From a bacterium (GTDB lineage: Bacteria; UBA8248; JACPRG01; G963555815), in the NCBI GenBank assembly GCA_965261595.1, contig CBDHDG010000006.1, forward strand, positions 1-64,000: 64,000 nucleotides of DNA. The letters are read 5' to 3'. The translations under genes were made by a program, and so were the position numbers. Below, in pieces: positions 1 to 10,149 of the stretch; positions within the stretch are counted from its first letter, which is position 1; every line of letters begins with the position of its first letter. Under the pieces are notes generated by a model. It worked only from the letters and a program-made list of their open reading frames with translations. It was not told where the DNA came from and made no database searches.

Positions 1-479
1 AGGAGCACGATCTTCGCGGGCCGTTCGTGGCCGAGGGCCCAGGTGACCTCGGCCGGCCGCGCGCCGTCGATGAACAGCAGATCCCGGGTCAGCGGGTACA
101 CCTCGAGGGGGTTGATCCGAGCGCCCCGGGCCGCAATCAGGGTCCCATCGTGCGCCCGGACGTCTTGCTCGACCGTGATCGAAGGATCGAACAGCCGGGT
201 GCGACGGACGCGCGCGGGCCCGATGCCCTCGACGCGCCCGGGCGCCTCGATGCGCTCCCGGCCCCGGTCCAGGGCCTCCCGGCGCATGCGGGTGAGGTCG
301 CCCGAGGACTCCAGCGCTTCAAGCCGGGCCTCGATCCGTTCGAGCAGGTCGGGCTCGGCGATGGGCCACACCGCGCCGCGCACGCCAAGGTCCTTCGCGG
401 GTACGGGCCGCGCCGCGAGCATCAGCACGCAGGCAATCGCGATGAGCCGAAGACGGGACAGGAGAACACGCCGCGTCAT
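1..479 (-). CDS. traW: F-type conjugative transfer protein TraW (3' end outside window)
   Basis: Own translation from ATG 479: signal peptide, then KDLGVRGAVWPIAEPDLL...FDPSITV...INPLE...LLFIDG, typical of TraW; ATGA overlap with the upstream peptidase. Confidence 0.85.
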   Translation of the reverse strand, partial: MTRRVLLSRLRLIAIACVLMLAARPVPAKDLGVRGAVWPIAEPDLLERIEARLEALESSGDLTRMRREALDRGRERIEAPGRVEGIGPARVRRTRLFDPSITVEQDVRAHDGTLIAARGARINPLEVYPLTRDLLFIDGARPAEVTWALGHERPAKIVL

Positions 480-1050
480 GGCCGCGCCTCCTCGGGTTTG
501 GCGAGCGGTCCCTTGAGCCCGAGCCAGGGGACGTCGGGCAGGGCCCAGGCCCGGCCCCGGATGCGTTCTTGCGGGATGAGCCCGATCTCCGAATAGCGGC
601 TGTCGTGGCTGTCCACGTGATCGGCGTGGACGTAGTAGCGGCCCGGCGGGATCACGCCCGGCCCGATCGCCTCGAGCCTGCGCCCATCAAGCGCATGCGT
701 CTTGGCAACGCCGAGGACCGCGCCGTTCACCGAGACCCGGCGCTCCCTGTCCACCTCCACCCGGTCTCTGGGCAGGCCGCGCACGGTCTTGAGGTAGGGG
801 ATCCCCGAGCCGGCCTCCTCGGGTGGGTCGAACAGGACCGCGTCGCCCCGTTGGAACTCTCCACGAGGGGCAGCACGAAATACCCCCAGGCTCCGTCGGA
901 CCAGCTCGCGTTGACGTAGACGCGCGAGACCGCGACGAGCCACAGGGCGGCCAGCATGGCCATCCAGAGCAGGATCTTGCGGCCCCGTCCGGTTCGTTCA
1001 GGCGCACGCCGTCCGGGCGCACGCGGCAAGGCGTGCAGGGTCTCTCTCAT
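476..1050 (-). CDS. S26-family conjugative pilin-processing peptidase (TrhF/TraF-like), one frameshift near 860
   Basis: N-part MRETLHA...VYVNASWS in one frame; C-part RGDAVLF...YLKTVRGLPRD...HVDSHDSRY in the 476..943 frame. Confidence 0.8.
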
Positions 1051-1427
1051 CGTTCGTCCTCCGTGTTCGTCGGGGGATGGGTTTTGGACAGGGCCGTCTG
1101 GATCGCCGCCTTTATCTCGGCGGTGAGGTCCGGCGCGCCGGCGGCGACCGCCCTTGCGGGCAGCAGCACCGCGCGGTGGCGGGCTGCCGTCCGGACGAGC
1201 GCCTCCTCCAACCGGCGCGCCCAGCCGCGCACGGCTTTTACGGCCTCCTCTTGGTCGCCGTGCTCCCGGGCGGCCTTGGCCATGTAGTCTGCCGTGAGCT
1301 CGGCAAGCCGCACGCTCGCGATGCGCGGGACCCTCTCCAGGGCCATGCGCGCCGTGACGGCCGAGACCGCCGCGGCCACCCCGGCACTCAGCACAAGCGC
1401 GGCGGCCAACGCCGTGGGCCCGCTCAT
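1047..1427 (-). CDS. trbI: F-type TrbI-like protein
   Basis: N-terminal TM helix, C-terminal AVLLPARAVAAGAPDLT motif, position between traC and traW. Confidence 0.7.
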   Translation of the reverse strand: MSGPTALAAALVLSAGVAAAVSAVTARMALERVPRIASVRLAELTADYMAKAAREHGDQEEAVKAVRGWARRLEEALVRTAARHRAVLLPARAVAAGAPDLTAEIKAAIQTALSKTHPPTNTEDER

Positions 1428-2158
1428 GACGCAGCCCGTTCCGGCGCCGTCTGTTCGCGCGTGACATGAAGCTCCTCCGGTGGGGTGGGGTCGTGCGTGC
1501 CACGGGACTCCCTCTGGGCGGACGCGATGGGGCCCCGTCCCGCGCCCTCCTGCCCTTTCAGGGCCCGGAAGCGGTCCAGCCAGAGCCTGGCCGCCCGATC
1601 GGGAACCACGGTCCGGATGCGGCGCTTAAGGGGCGGGAAGGCGACCGCGGAAGCCGCGCCGTCGCGCGCGCCCGGCAGGTCCCGGTCCTCCGCGGCCTCG
1701 GCCATGCGGGCCACGAAACGCAGCAGTTCCGCCTGCTCCGGGGAGGGCTCCGCATCGAGCCCGGCCGACTCGCGCACGGCCCGGTCGATGGTCCCGCCGA
1801 GCCGCTTCAGCCGCTCCGCCCCGCGCTGGGAGGAAGCGGCCTTTGTTCCCAGCCACGCGACGCTCGCGTCCGCCAGAAGGGCGTAGAGGGCCGCCTCCCG
1901 GCGGTCCCCGGATCCTTCAAAGGCCTCGATCTCCTCGCTCATCAGCACCGCGTGGGCCGCCAGCGAGTGGAACCGCCTGAGCCGGCCGCCCCTGCGGCAG
2001 GTGTTGGCCAGCACGTGGGCCAGGGCCTCGAAGTCGACGGCGTCCGGGGTCAGCCCCTCCGGATCTTCCGGCCAGGCGAGGGGCCGATCCCCGGATCGGG
2101 GCTTCTCCGCCCGTGTCGCAGCACTCGATGGCGCCCGCCTGTTCCTGTCCTTGCTCAT
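1424..2158 (-). CDS. YfdR-like HD-fold phosphohydrolase homologue with degenerate HD motif
   Basis: ALAHVLANTCRRGG...FHSLAAH...ALLAD resembles IAHALSNxCRFxGH...YSVAQH...LLHD; strong RBS GAAGGAG upstream of 2158. Confidence 0.65.
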   Translation of the reverse strand: MSKDRNRRAPSSAATRAEKPRSGDRPLAWPEDPEGLTPDAVDFEALAHVLANTCRRGGRLRRFHSLAAHAVLMSEEIEAFEGSGDRREAALYALLADASVAWLGTKAASSQRGAERLKRLGGTIDRAVRESAGLDAEPSPEQAELLRFVARMAEAAEDRDLPGARDGAASAVAFPPLKRRIRTVVPDRAARLWLDRFRALKGQEGAGRGPIASAQRESRGTHDPTPPEELHVTREQTAPERAAS

Positions 2159-2191
2159 GTGCGTCTCCTTCTGTTTAAGCTATGGAGGCCG

Positions 2192-4731
2192 TCACGGCGC
2201 GCTGCCCGCAGGGCCGGCTGTCGTGGCCTCCGGACCGTCGCCGTCGGCGATGCGGTCGATGGCCTGCTCGGTGGTGAGGCCTTCGGCCTTCAGCCGCTCG
2301 ACCGCGGCGAAGGCCGGCCCGCGCGATGAATAGAGAGCTACCGACCAGGGGTCCAGGGCGAGCCGCGCCACGCGCCAGCCGTCCGGACCGTGCAGCACCA
2401 GCTCGGCATGGCGCCCGTCCACGGTGGCCAGGCTCTTGAGGGCCCGCTCCATGCCGGGATCGCAGTGGATGCGCTTTTCCTGTTTGAGGAGCTCGACGGA
2501 CTCGTCCTTCTGGGCCAGGAAGATGGTCCAGTCGGCGTTGTCCCAGGCCGCCCGGGCCGCGGGGTTGGCGTAGTAGTCGTTGACGCTCTGGGTGCCGGTG
2601 ACGAGCGCGCCCCGGTACTTGCGCGCCCGCCTGGCCGCGCCCTCGAGGAAGGCCCGGCTGTCCTCGCCCGACAGGAGGTCCCAGGCCTCGTCGATGACGA
2701 TCGCCTTGGGCCGGGTTCTGGGGCCGTGATACATGCGCTGGGTGGCGAGGAAGACCACCAGCATCAGCACCACGCCCTGGACGTCGCCCCGGCCCTTGAG
2801 CTCGGCGAGCTCGAACACGGTGAGCGCGGCGTCCAGGGCCGGGGTCTCCGATTCCCTCGAAGAGCCGCCCGAGCGCGCCGCCCGGCCGCCACGGTCCGAG
2901 GGCGAGAGCCATGTCCGATGCCCGCCGGTCGCCCGCCGCCTCCAGCCGGCGCTGCACGGTCCCGAGGTCGGCGCCGTTGCCGGCCTCCTCCCAGGCGCGC
3001 GCGATGGCCTCGTCGATGAGCGCCGCCTCGATGTCGTCGATGCGCCCGCGCCTTCGGCACATGCGCCCGACCACGGCGGCCAGCATGGCAAAGCACTCCT
3101 CCCGGTAGTCCCCGTCCCGGGCCGCCACGTCCGCGTCGATCATGGCGAAGGGGTTGAGTCTCGCCGGGTCCTTGCCGAAGGCGATGAAGACGCCGCCGAG
3201 GGCCTCGGCCGTGTGCTGGAAGGAACGCCCGTCATCGATCACCACGGCCTCGCCGCCCGCGCCCGCGATGCCCGCGACCAGCTCCTGCATCAGGACCGAC
3301 TTGCCCGACCCGGACTTGCCGGTCACGGCCACGTTGTAGTTGCCGGCCTCGTTGGCGAAGGGGGACCAGCACGCGGGCTGGCCCCGCCTTCCGATCAGGA
3401 GCAGGGCCGGCGGCGCGTCGGGCGACGCTCCCTGGCCGCGCCACTCGCCGTGCACCGGCGCGAGATTGACGGCCGAGGAGGTGAGCAGGGTCTTCATCCG
3501 GCCCATACGGGCGAGGTCGGCGTCGAGCCCGCCCCGCCGGAACCATGGGCAGACAGGCGAGCCAGGCCGGCAGGTGGGCGTAGCGCTCCGCGCCCAGGCG
3601 CCAGCCCTGGCCGTGATAGATGGCCCGCACCGCCTGCTCGGCCTCGTCGATGGCGTCCAGGGGCGCGTAGACCGCGATCGTGTAGCAGGCCTTGACCAGC
3701 CGCTCGCCGTTCTTCAGCCGCTCGGTGACGAAGCGCCAGTCCCGGGCCTTCTCGGGCAGGCCCGGCAAATAGCGCGCGATCCCCGTGCCCGCCTGCTGCG
3801 TGGCCCGGGCCGACTTGAGGAAGGCGCGCTCGCCGGCGGCCGCGTCGCCCATCGTCACGGTGAGGGCGGTCAGGACCGGGGCGCCCGGCTGCAGGAAGTC
3901 CCGGTGGAAGTCTCCGATCAGCGCGTTGCCGCGCCAGCCGGGCCAGACGTCGGGGAAGGCCCGGGCCGAGAGCACGCGCACCGCCACGTCCGTCCCGTCC
4001 GGGTGAAGGAAGACCAGGCCCGTGGGCGCAACGGTCAGGGCCCGGCCCGGCGCCGCGCACTGAAGATGAATGGGGTCTCTGGGCGACCAGCGCCTTTGCG
4101 GCCTGTCGAGCCCGCCGTCATGCTCTCCCGCCAGGTCGGGGGCCGTGATCTCCGCGGCGAGGGACAGCAGAACGTCCGGCTCGACCCGCCGCGCCTCGGC
4201 GCCGGCCGAGGCGAGCGTGCCTTCCAAGGCCCGCCGGAACCCCCCGAGGGCGGTCTCGGCCGCCGGTCCGGCCGGGCCCGCCAGGCAGGCCGCGAGGAAC
4301 ACCCGGCAGTCGTTCAGCGTGAACGGCGGTCCGCTCGCATGGAGGGGGCGCCATCCGGCATGGGCAAACAGGGCCCTGCGCCGCGCCGCCATCCCCGCCT
4401 GTACCCCGCCCGTCAGGCGCCGGGGTTCGGCCCAGCTCCGGATCGCCGCCCCGTAGCGCGGGCTCGTCCAATGGATGATCTGCACCACCGCGCGCTCGGG
4501 CGCGGCGTCGGCGAGCGTGCCGGCCAGCGCGCCCAGGGTCTCCTCGTCGATGCCCACGAAGGGCGGCAGCTCCAGCAGGAAGCCGCAGCTCGCGGCGTTG
4601 ATATAGAGCTCGCTCCCTTCGTCCCAGGCCCGCCAGGGCAAGAGGCCGGCGAGGGGCGCCGGCAGGGCCGGAAGGATCCAGGGCTGAAGCGCGTCCGGTC
4701 CCCTGAGCAGGTCCTTGAGGCGCTCGATCAC
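2192..4731 (-). CDS. traC: VirB4-like ATPase TraC, split by two frameshifts (~3535, ~2850)
   Basis: Walker A GKSGSGKS, DDGRSF, IDEAWDLL, RRARKY..GTQS, spread over three consecutive frames. Confidence 0.9.
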
Positions 4732-5294
4732 GGCAGCCTCCAGCGCGCCGGCTCCAGCACCGCGCGCACCCAGTGGGCCTCGCGGTAGACCCCGTCGGCG
4801 TCCACGAAGGGCGCGATCCAGATCCGCGCGATGCTCTCTTTCGTGCGCAGGCGGTCATTGGCCTCATCCGGGGATCCTTCGTCCGGCGAAACGGGTTCCG
4901 GTTCGGCAGGGGCCGCGGCGGTAGGAGGACGCCCTGTCTCCGTGGACTTCTCTGCGGTGCCGTCTCGGTCCCCGACGGTCCGGAACCACTTCGCGAGCCA
5001 GGCGAGCGGATCGCAGCCTTCGGCGCAGGATGTGCCGGTCCCTTTGGCATTACCGGTCTTGGATTGGTAGAGGGGTGTCCGGATCGCGAGCCCTTGCGCC
5101 TTGCCGGGGGCCGCGACCGCCGGATCGGCCTCCGCGACGCTCGTGCAGGCCGCGCCTTGGGCCAGGGGGCATTGCCAGGCGTCGCCCACGTGGGTCGCCG
5201 CGCAGCCGCCCAGGACCAGCGCCGCCGCGAGGATCGCGGGGATCACCGCCCGGCTTTGTCCGATTCGTGGATGAATCGTCGATTGCGCTCTCAT
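4728..5294 (-). CDS. traV: TraV lipoprotein
   Basis: Lipobox LGGC, C-x7-C (WQCPLAQGAAC), C-terminal RIWIAPFVDADG. Confidence 0.88.
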   Translation of the reverse strand: MRAQSTIHPRIGQSRAVIPAILAAALVLGGCAATHVGDAWQCPLAQGAACTSVAEADPAVAAPGKAQGLAIRTPLYQSKTGNAKGTGTSCAEGCDPLAWLAKWFRTVGDRDGTAEKSTETGRPPTAAAPAEPEPVSPDEGSPDEANDRLRTKESIARIWIAPFVDADGVYREAHWVRAVLEPARWRLP

Positions 5295-6544
5295 TGGCCT
5301 CCTCTCTTCCTGTCCTTGCGCCCGTCGAGCCAGGCGCCCTCGATGAACACCACCGTCACCCGCGTTCCCGTCTGGAGCTGGATCACCGGCTGGTACTGCT
5401 CGGCCCGGCGGATCAGGTAGTCGGCCACCCTGCGGCCGGCCGAGCCCGCGCCCGCGCCAAGACCGGCCCGGCCGAGCTCGGCTAGGCTCGATACGTTCAA
5501 GGCTCCGTCCGAGGTTGTCCTGGCCGGGGCCTGAAGCAGGTTGGCGGCCGTTTCGCCCACGCCCGAGATGAGGCCCGCGAGGAACGCCTTCTCGATCAGG
5601 GCCCCCTCGCGGCTCACCACCGGGCCCCGAACGCCCACCTTGCCGCTCCCGGCCACGAAGCCCGCGACCTGCGTCTCGGTCACGGTTTCCGGATCCGGCC
5701 CGGCGCACGTCAGGGTCCGCAGCCGGACGTAGACCTTCTCCGAGGAGAGGTCCCCGTAGCCGGCGCCGGTCAGGGTGCACCCCGCCACGTCCACTTCGAG
5801 CGCTTCGCCGCCCTCGGCCGCGCTCCGGGCCGGACCGGTCAGCCGCAGGAGCACCGGGCGCGGCTCGCCCTGGGAGGCGACGCCCGCCGAGGCGTCCGCG
5901 CCGGCCAGCACCACGGCGTCCGCATAGGACCCCGCCGGCAGCCAGGACCCCAGCGAACGGGGTCCCGGATCAGCGGCGTTCTTGTCCCCCGCCGGATCCG
6001 CATCATTCTCGAACTCCTGGATCATCGGTACGGCCGGTGCGGCATCCGAGGCCGCGGGGGCTCTCTTGCCGGGAGCAGGTTGGCTCGAAACCGCACGGGT
6101 AAAACCGTCCGTGCCCGGGGCGGTCCGGTCCTCCGGACCCGGTCCTGCCGTCCGGGCTTCGAGCCGGCCGCGCAGTTCCTCGATGGCCGCCGCCTGTTGG
6201 TCGATCACCGCCCGGCCGTCCTCGGCGCCGCGCGCGAGGCGCTCTCTGAGCTTGGCGTTCTCCTGCCCGGCCCGCCGGCTTCGCGTCTCCATGTCCCGGA
6301 GCCGCGTCTCCAGTTCGCCGATCCGCGCCTCCGAGCGGCGCACCCAGCTCACCTCCGCCGTCTCCGGACCGGCCAGCTTCGCCTCGATCCCGGTCGGCGG
6401 GGGCGAGCCTCCGCCTCCGCCCGCCGAGAACCACACCGCGAACACGATCAGCAATGCCGCGGCCACGCCCGAGAAGAGCAGCACCTGTTGCTGACGGGTG
6501 CGCCGGGCCTCCGGATCCATGGGGACCTTGTCCGGGCCGCTCAT
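5291..6544 (-). CDS. traB: TraB (VirB10-like) pilus assembly protein
   Basis: TM + coiled coil; LPAGS, GC..TGAGYGDLSSEK, GVRGPVVSREG, RAEQYQPVI. Confidence 0.92.
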   Translation of the reverse strand: MSGPDKVPMDPEARRTRQQQVLLFSGVAAALLIVFAVWFSAGGGGGSPPPTGIEAKLAGPETAEVSWVRRSEARIGELETRLRDMETRSRRAGQENAKLRERLARGAEDGRAVIDQQAAAIEELRGRLEARTAGPGPEDRTAPGTDGFTRAVSSQPAPGKRAPAASDAAPAVPMIQEFENDADPAGDKNAADPGPRSLGSWLPAGSYADAVVLAGADASAGVASQGEPRPVLLRLTGPARSAAEGGEALEVDVAGCTLTGAGYGDLSSEKVYVRLRTLTCAGPDPETVTETQVAGFVAGSGKVGVRGPVVSREGALIEKAFLAGLISGVGETAANLLQAPARTTSDGALNVSSLAELGRAGLGAGAGSAGRRVADYLIRRAEQYQPVIQLQTGTRVTVVFIEGAWLDGRKDRKRGGQ

Positions 6545-7296
6545 GGCGCCGCCTCCGTGGAACGGGTCCGGAAGGCGTCATGTACGGCCACGACGAGCCG
6601 CCCGCCCGATGGGCCGGTCCCCGGCGCCGCCAGCCAGATCGCGGCCGCGCCCGGCGCGAGACGGCCCGCCAGGGCCTCGGCGCCGGCTCCCGCGCCGGGG
6701 CCCGCTTCCAGCACGCGGGCGGTGAACCGGGGCCCCCGCCAGATCTCGATGACTGAAAGACCTTCCTTGTAGAACGTTCCTGAAGGCGTCTCGATCGCGT
6801 AGCCCGGCAGGGTCTCGCGCCGCGCCACCGCCCGGACCAGCGCCACCAGCGCGCCCACGCGCCGATCGCCCGGCCCTTGGACGTCCGTTTTGGTCAGTGC
6901 GGCCGCGTTGCGGATCAGGATCTGGGCCGAGCCGCGCGAGGCCACCGTCAACGCCAGCCGGTAGGTGAAGCCCGCGACGGTCCCGATGAAGAGCGTCACC
7001 GGCTCCCGGGGGGCGCCACGGGCAACGCGGACGCCGGTGAGGCCCGCGGGTCGCAGGTAAATGTCGCCGCGCGCAGGGTCGTGCTCGACCTGGAAGCCGT
7101 CCGGTCCGCGGATCACCCGCGCGATCCGGTCGTTCGCCAGGGCGATGCGGCTCACCGCACGGTCCGAGACCTCCGCTTCCAGCTCCGCGTGGTCCACGGC
7201 ATCCAGGATCTGCATGGCCGAGGCCGGCATGCAGTGGAAAAGCGTTCCCAAAAGAAGCGCCGCCACGGACACCCGGATTCTCGTCGCATGTTTCAT
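6541..7296 (-). CDS. traK: TraK secretin-like protein
   Basis: Signal peptide, VSRIALANDRI, GDIYLRP, PVTLFIGT..GFTY; synteny. Confidence 0.85.
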   Translation of the reverse strand: MKHATRIRVSVAALLLGTLFHCMPASAMQILDAVDHAELEAEVSDRAVSRIALANDRIARVIRGPDGFQVEHDPARGDIYLRPAGLTGVRVARGAPREPVTLFIGTVAGFTYRLALTVASRGSAQILIRNAAALTKTDVQGPGDRRVGALVALVRAVARRETLPGYAIETPSGTFYKEGLSVIEIWRGPRFTARVLEAGPGAGAGAEALAGRLAPGAAAIWLAAPGTGPSGGRLVVAVHDAFRTRSTEAAP

Positions 7297-7850
7297 TCTC
7301 GGTCCTCCAGTTCTTCGAAACGCACCAGGCCGATCCGGCCGGCATCCACGCGGAAGGCCAGCCGGTACCGCTTGCGCTCGCGCGAGACCGGCTCACGCCC
7401 GATCCAGGTCGCGAGCTCTCCGGTCACCAGGACCGTCAACCTCTCCGCGTCCGCCTCGATGCGCTCGGGATAGAAGGCGGTCGCAAGGTCCCGCCGCGCC
7501 ATGCGACCGGCCTCGGCCGCGACCCAGACCCCGATCGCGCCCCGGGCCGAGGCGTGGCTCAGCCGCGCCGCCGCCTCCCGCACGTGCGCCGCGTTCTCAG
7601 GCGTCAGCGTCAGCAGCGTCACCGCCACGGTCCGTCCCATGTCCTCCAGGTAGCGAAGCCCGGCCCGGCTGCTCCCGACCTCCCAGGCAGGCCCCGTGAC
7701 CGCCGGGATCAGCACCGCCATGCGATCCACCGAGGCCAGACCGACGCTCAGGCCCAGATTGGCCAGGAGCGAGAGGCCCAGGAGCCCGGCCAGGGCCGCA
7801 CGCCCGTCGCGCACCCGCCGCCGCTCCGCTTCCATGACGTCCCGTCTCAT
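7293..7850 (-). CDS. traE: TraE conjugative transfer protein
   Basis: TM helix, YLEDMG..LLTLTPEN, AFYP; lies between traL and traK. Confidence 0.85.
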   Translation of the reverse strand: MRRDVMEAERRRVRDGRAALAGLLGLSLLANLGLSVGLASVDRMAVLIPAVTGPAWEVGSSRAGLRYLEDMGRTVAVTLLTLTPENAAHVREAAARLSHASARGAIGVWVAAEAGRMARRDLATAFYPERIEADAERLTVLVTGELATWIGREPVSRERKRYRLAFRVDAGRIGLVRFEELEDRE

Positions 7851-7860
7851 CCAGGCCCCC

Positions 7861-8154
7861 TCATCCGATGAAGCGGCGCACATGACTCGGGGGCGCGCCC
7901 TTGAGGCCCAGGGTGAAGCCGGGCAGGTACCAGTAGAGCGCGCAGATCGCCACATCCGCGCCGCCGCCCCGCTTGGCCCGGCGCAGCAAGGCCCAGGCAC
8001 CGAGCCCGGCCACCAGCCCGGTCACGAAGGCGTTGGCGGCCAGCCCCAGGACCGCAGGCCCCAGGAGCGCCGCCGCCTCGTCCAGGGTCCAGAACAGCCA
8101 GCGCTCGGGATCGTCCAGACGCGAGGGGATCGCGTGCCGGGCCGGATCGCTCAT
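7861..8154 (-). CDS. traL: TraL
   Basis: IPSRLDDPERWLFWTLDE...YWYLP...PPSHVRRFIG. Confidence 0.9.
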   Translation of the reverse strand: MSDPARHAIPSRLDDPERWLFWTLDEAAALLGPAVLGLAANAFVTGLVAGLGAWALLRRAKRGGGADVAICALYWYLPGFTLGLKGAPPSHVRRFIG

Positions 8155-8166
8155 CGTCCGCCCCCC

Positions 8167-8499
8167 TCATACGATCGCCGTGCCGACAAGGCCGGTGACG
8201 ATGCCCGTGCCGGCCCCGGCCGCGATGCCCACGCCGACCGCGCCCATCAACTGCGTGGCGTTGAAGCGCAGCACCGAGCCGACCAGCGCGGCGCCCACCG
8301 CCAGCGCGGCCGCGAGCTGCCCGCCCGTGCCCGAGACGATGTCGGTCACCGTGCCGAGCGGACTCGAGAAGGTCGTGTCCGTCGAGGCCCAGGCCGTCTC
8401 CAGGCTAACCAGCGTCAACACGAGCGCCGGAGCCGCAACCCGATGCGCGCTGCCCACGACGGCTTTGAGGGCGTTCCTGGTAAAGGAAGGTGTTCTCAT
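8167..8499 (-). CDS. traA: Conjugative pilin TraA
   Basis: 110 aa, long leader ending AWA, two hydrophobic helices, immediately upstream of traL. Confidence 0.75.
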   Translation of the reverse strand: MRTPSFTRNALKAVVGSAHRVAAPALVLTLVSLETAWASTDTTFSSPLGTVTDIVSGTGGQLAAALAVGAALVGSVLRFNATQLMGAVGVGIAAGAGTGIVTGLVGTAIV

Positions 8500-9257
8500 C
8501 GCGCCGTCCTCCGCCCGGCCTCGCCGTCGTCCGAGGTCGAGATCCGCCGCCGCGCCGAGGCCCAGGTCTCCAGATCGGCGAGCAGGTAGCGCACCCGGGA
8601 CCCGAACCGGTGGAACACCGGTCCCGCGCCACTCACCCGGTAGCGGTCCAGCGTCCTCGGCGAGAGGCCCAGCCATGCGGCCGCCTCCCGTGTGCTCAGG
8701 TAATGCCTGCCGTTGTTGTCGTTCATGCGCGTGTCTCCTTCTCGTTCGAGGTCGGCCCCGGACCCGGCAGGCGGGACCGGAGCGGTGGATGGACCGGGCA
8801 GGATCGCCCCGGCGGATGGGTTCGCTGCGTCCGTCACCCCGGCGCGGATGGCTCGGGCCTCTTCCGCGCTGGCCTGGGCCGCCATCCAGGCGCGCACCCG
8901 ATCGACCGTGGTCAGCCGCGGCGACACTCCCCGGCGCAGCCTTCCCATGAAGGACGGATTGCCGACAGCCTCCAGGCCCAATACCGAGAGCTTGGTCCCG
9001 GTCACGGTCAGGAACGCCTCGACCTCGCGCCGGAACACAGGGCCCAGAGGCGGATGCCCCATGAAGACCAGGACCCGGTCCGCCGTCGCCAGCCGCACCG
9101 AGCGTCCCCGCATCTGGGAGGCCACGAAACCCGGGTCCCCGAGGGCCTCCAGGCCGAAGCGCCGGGCGCTCATGCCGTGGCGTACGCGCCAGGCCGCAAC
9201 GGTCCGGCGCAGGCGCTCGTCGAAAGGCATATCGGAGGGGGTGCCGGGCGTTATCAT
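8496..9257 (-). CDS. Two tandem Cro-like HTH domains fused to an excisionase-type HTH (possible internal start at 8726)
   Basis: Repeats GMSARRFGLEALGDPGFV..RGRSVRLATADRV and LGLEAVGNPSFM..RGVSPRLTTVDRV; C-terminal YLSTREAAAWLGLSPRTL...GPVFHRFGSRVRY. Confidence 0.75.
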   Translation of the reverse strand: MITPGTPSDMPFDERLRRTVAAWRVRHGMSARRFGLEALGDPGFVASQMRGRSVRLATADRVLVFMGHPPLGPVFRREVEAFLTVTGTKLSVLGLEAVGNPSFMGRLRRGVSPRLTTVDRVRAWMAAQASAEEARAIRAGVTDAANPSAGAILPGPSTAPVPPAGSGADLEREGDTRMNDNNGRHYLSTREAAAWLGLSPRTLDRYRVSGAGPVFHRFGSRVRYLLADLETWASARRRISTSDDGEAGRRTAR

Positions 9258-9286
9258 GTGTGAGAACATAAGGGGAAGGTTCCCGC

Positions 9287-9318
9287 TTGATAATAGGTAT
9301 CAATAGTGTATAACCTAT
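9287..9318. promoter_or_regulatory. Candidate operators in the divergent cro/cI intergenic region
   Basis: AT-rich; TTGATA-N5-TATCAA (9287-9303) overlapping ATAGGT-N14-ACCTAT (9293-9318). Confidence 0.55.
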
Positions 9319-9405
9319 AGTTGATTGACATTCCTGAGCACACCAGCGGTGGAATGCGCGGGGGTGCGGCAAAAAACCGGGGAGACGGCAGGTGGAAGGA
9401 AAAGG

Positions 9406-10149
9406 ATGAATATAGAGGGAAATAAGGACGAAAGGAAGACGATTAGGCGGGACCCGGTACGGCTCAGGCTGAAGGACCTGCTCAGGCGTAACGACCTCAC
9501 CCTCGCCGCCGCGTCGCTGGCCATCGGCCGGAACAAGACCTATCTGCAGCAGTATGTGGACCGGGGGGTGCCCGCGGTCCTCGGGTACCGGGACAGCGAG
9601 GCGTTGGCCGACCTGCTCGGCTGCGCCGGCGGGGAGCTGCGCCACGAGACCGTGCCCAAACGCAGGCCCATGAAGCGCAGGCGGCCCCGGCCGCCGGTCG
9701 GACTTCCCGGCGCGCCTGTGGCGGCCGTCCCGGAGATCGCGGTGGAGGCCGGGGCCGGGGCGGGAGCGCTCGCCGAGGAGTTCGTCTCCGAGACGGCCCG
9801 GTGGCACTGGCCGGAGAACATGATCCGCTACGAGGGGGGCGCGGCGCCCGAGAACGTGCGCATCCTCCGGGTGCGGGGCAACTCCATGGAGCCGGAGATG
9901 CGCGAGGGCGACCGGATCGTGGTGGATGTCTCGCGCCGGCTGCCGGCAACGGGGGAGACGTTCGTGCTGTGGGACGGCAACGGGCTGGTGGTCAAGCAGG
10001 TCGAGAGGGTGCAAGGCCATGGGGAGGGCGGGGACGAACCGCCCCGGCTCAGGCTGATCTCCGCCAACCCGGACTACGCCCCCTACGCATGCCTCGCCCA
10101 GGACGTCCACATCCTCGGCAAGGTGTTGTGGGTGGTAAGAAGGGTGTGA
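9406..10149 (+). CDS. CI/LexA-like repressor with S24 autopeptidase domain
   Basis: N-terminal HTH (ASLAIGRNKTYLQQYV), AG cleavage region (EAGAG), catalytic Ser GNSMEP and Lys VVKQV, LISANPDY. Confidence 0.9.
   Translation: MNIEGNKDERKTIRRDPVRLRLKDLLRRNDLTLAAASLAIGRNKTYLQQYVDRGVPAVLGYRDSEALADLLGCAGGELRHETVPKRRPMKRRRPRPPVGLPGAPVAAVPEIAVEAGAGAGALAEEFVSETARWHWPENMIRYEGGAAPENVRILRVRGNSMEPEMREGDRIVVDVSRRLPATGETFVLWDGNGLVVKQVERVQGHGEGGDEPPRLRLISANPDYAPYACLAQDVHILGKVLWVVRRV

Noticed and set aside
1424..2158. DatZ-like dATPase / Z-genome pathway
   Set aside because: The HD motif is lost and no purZ or related genes are present
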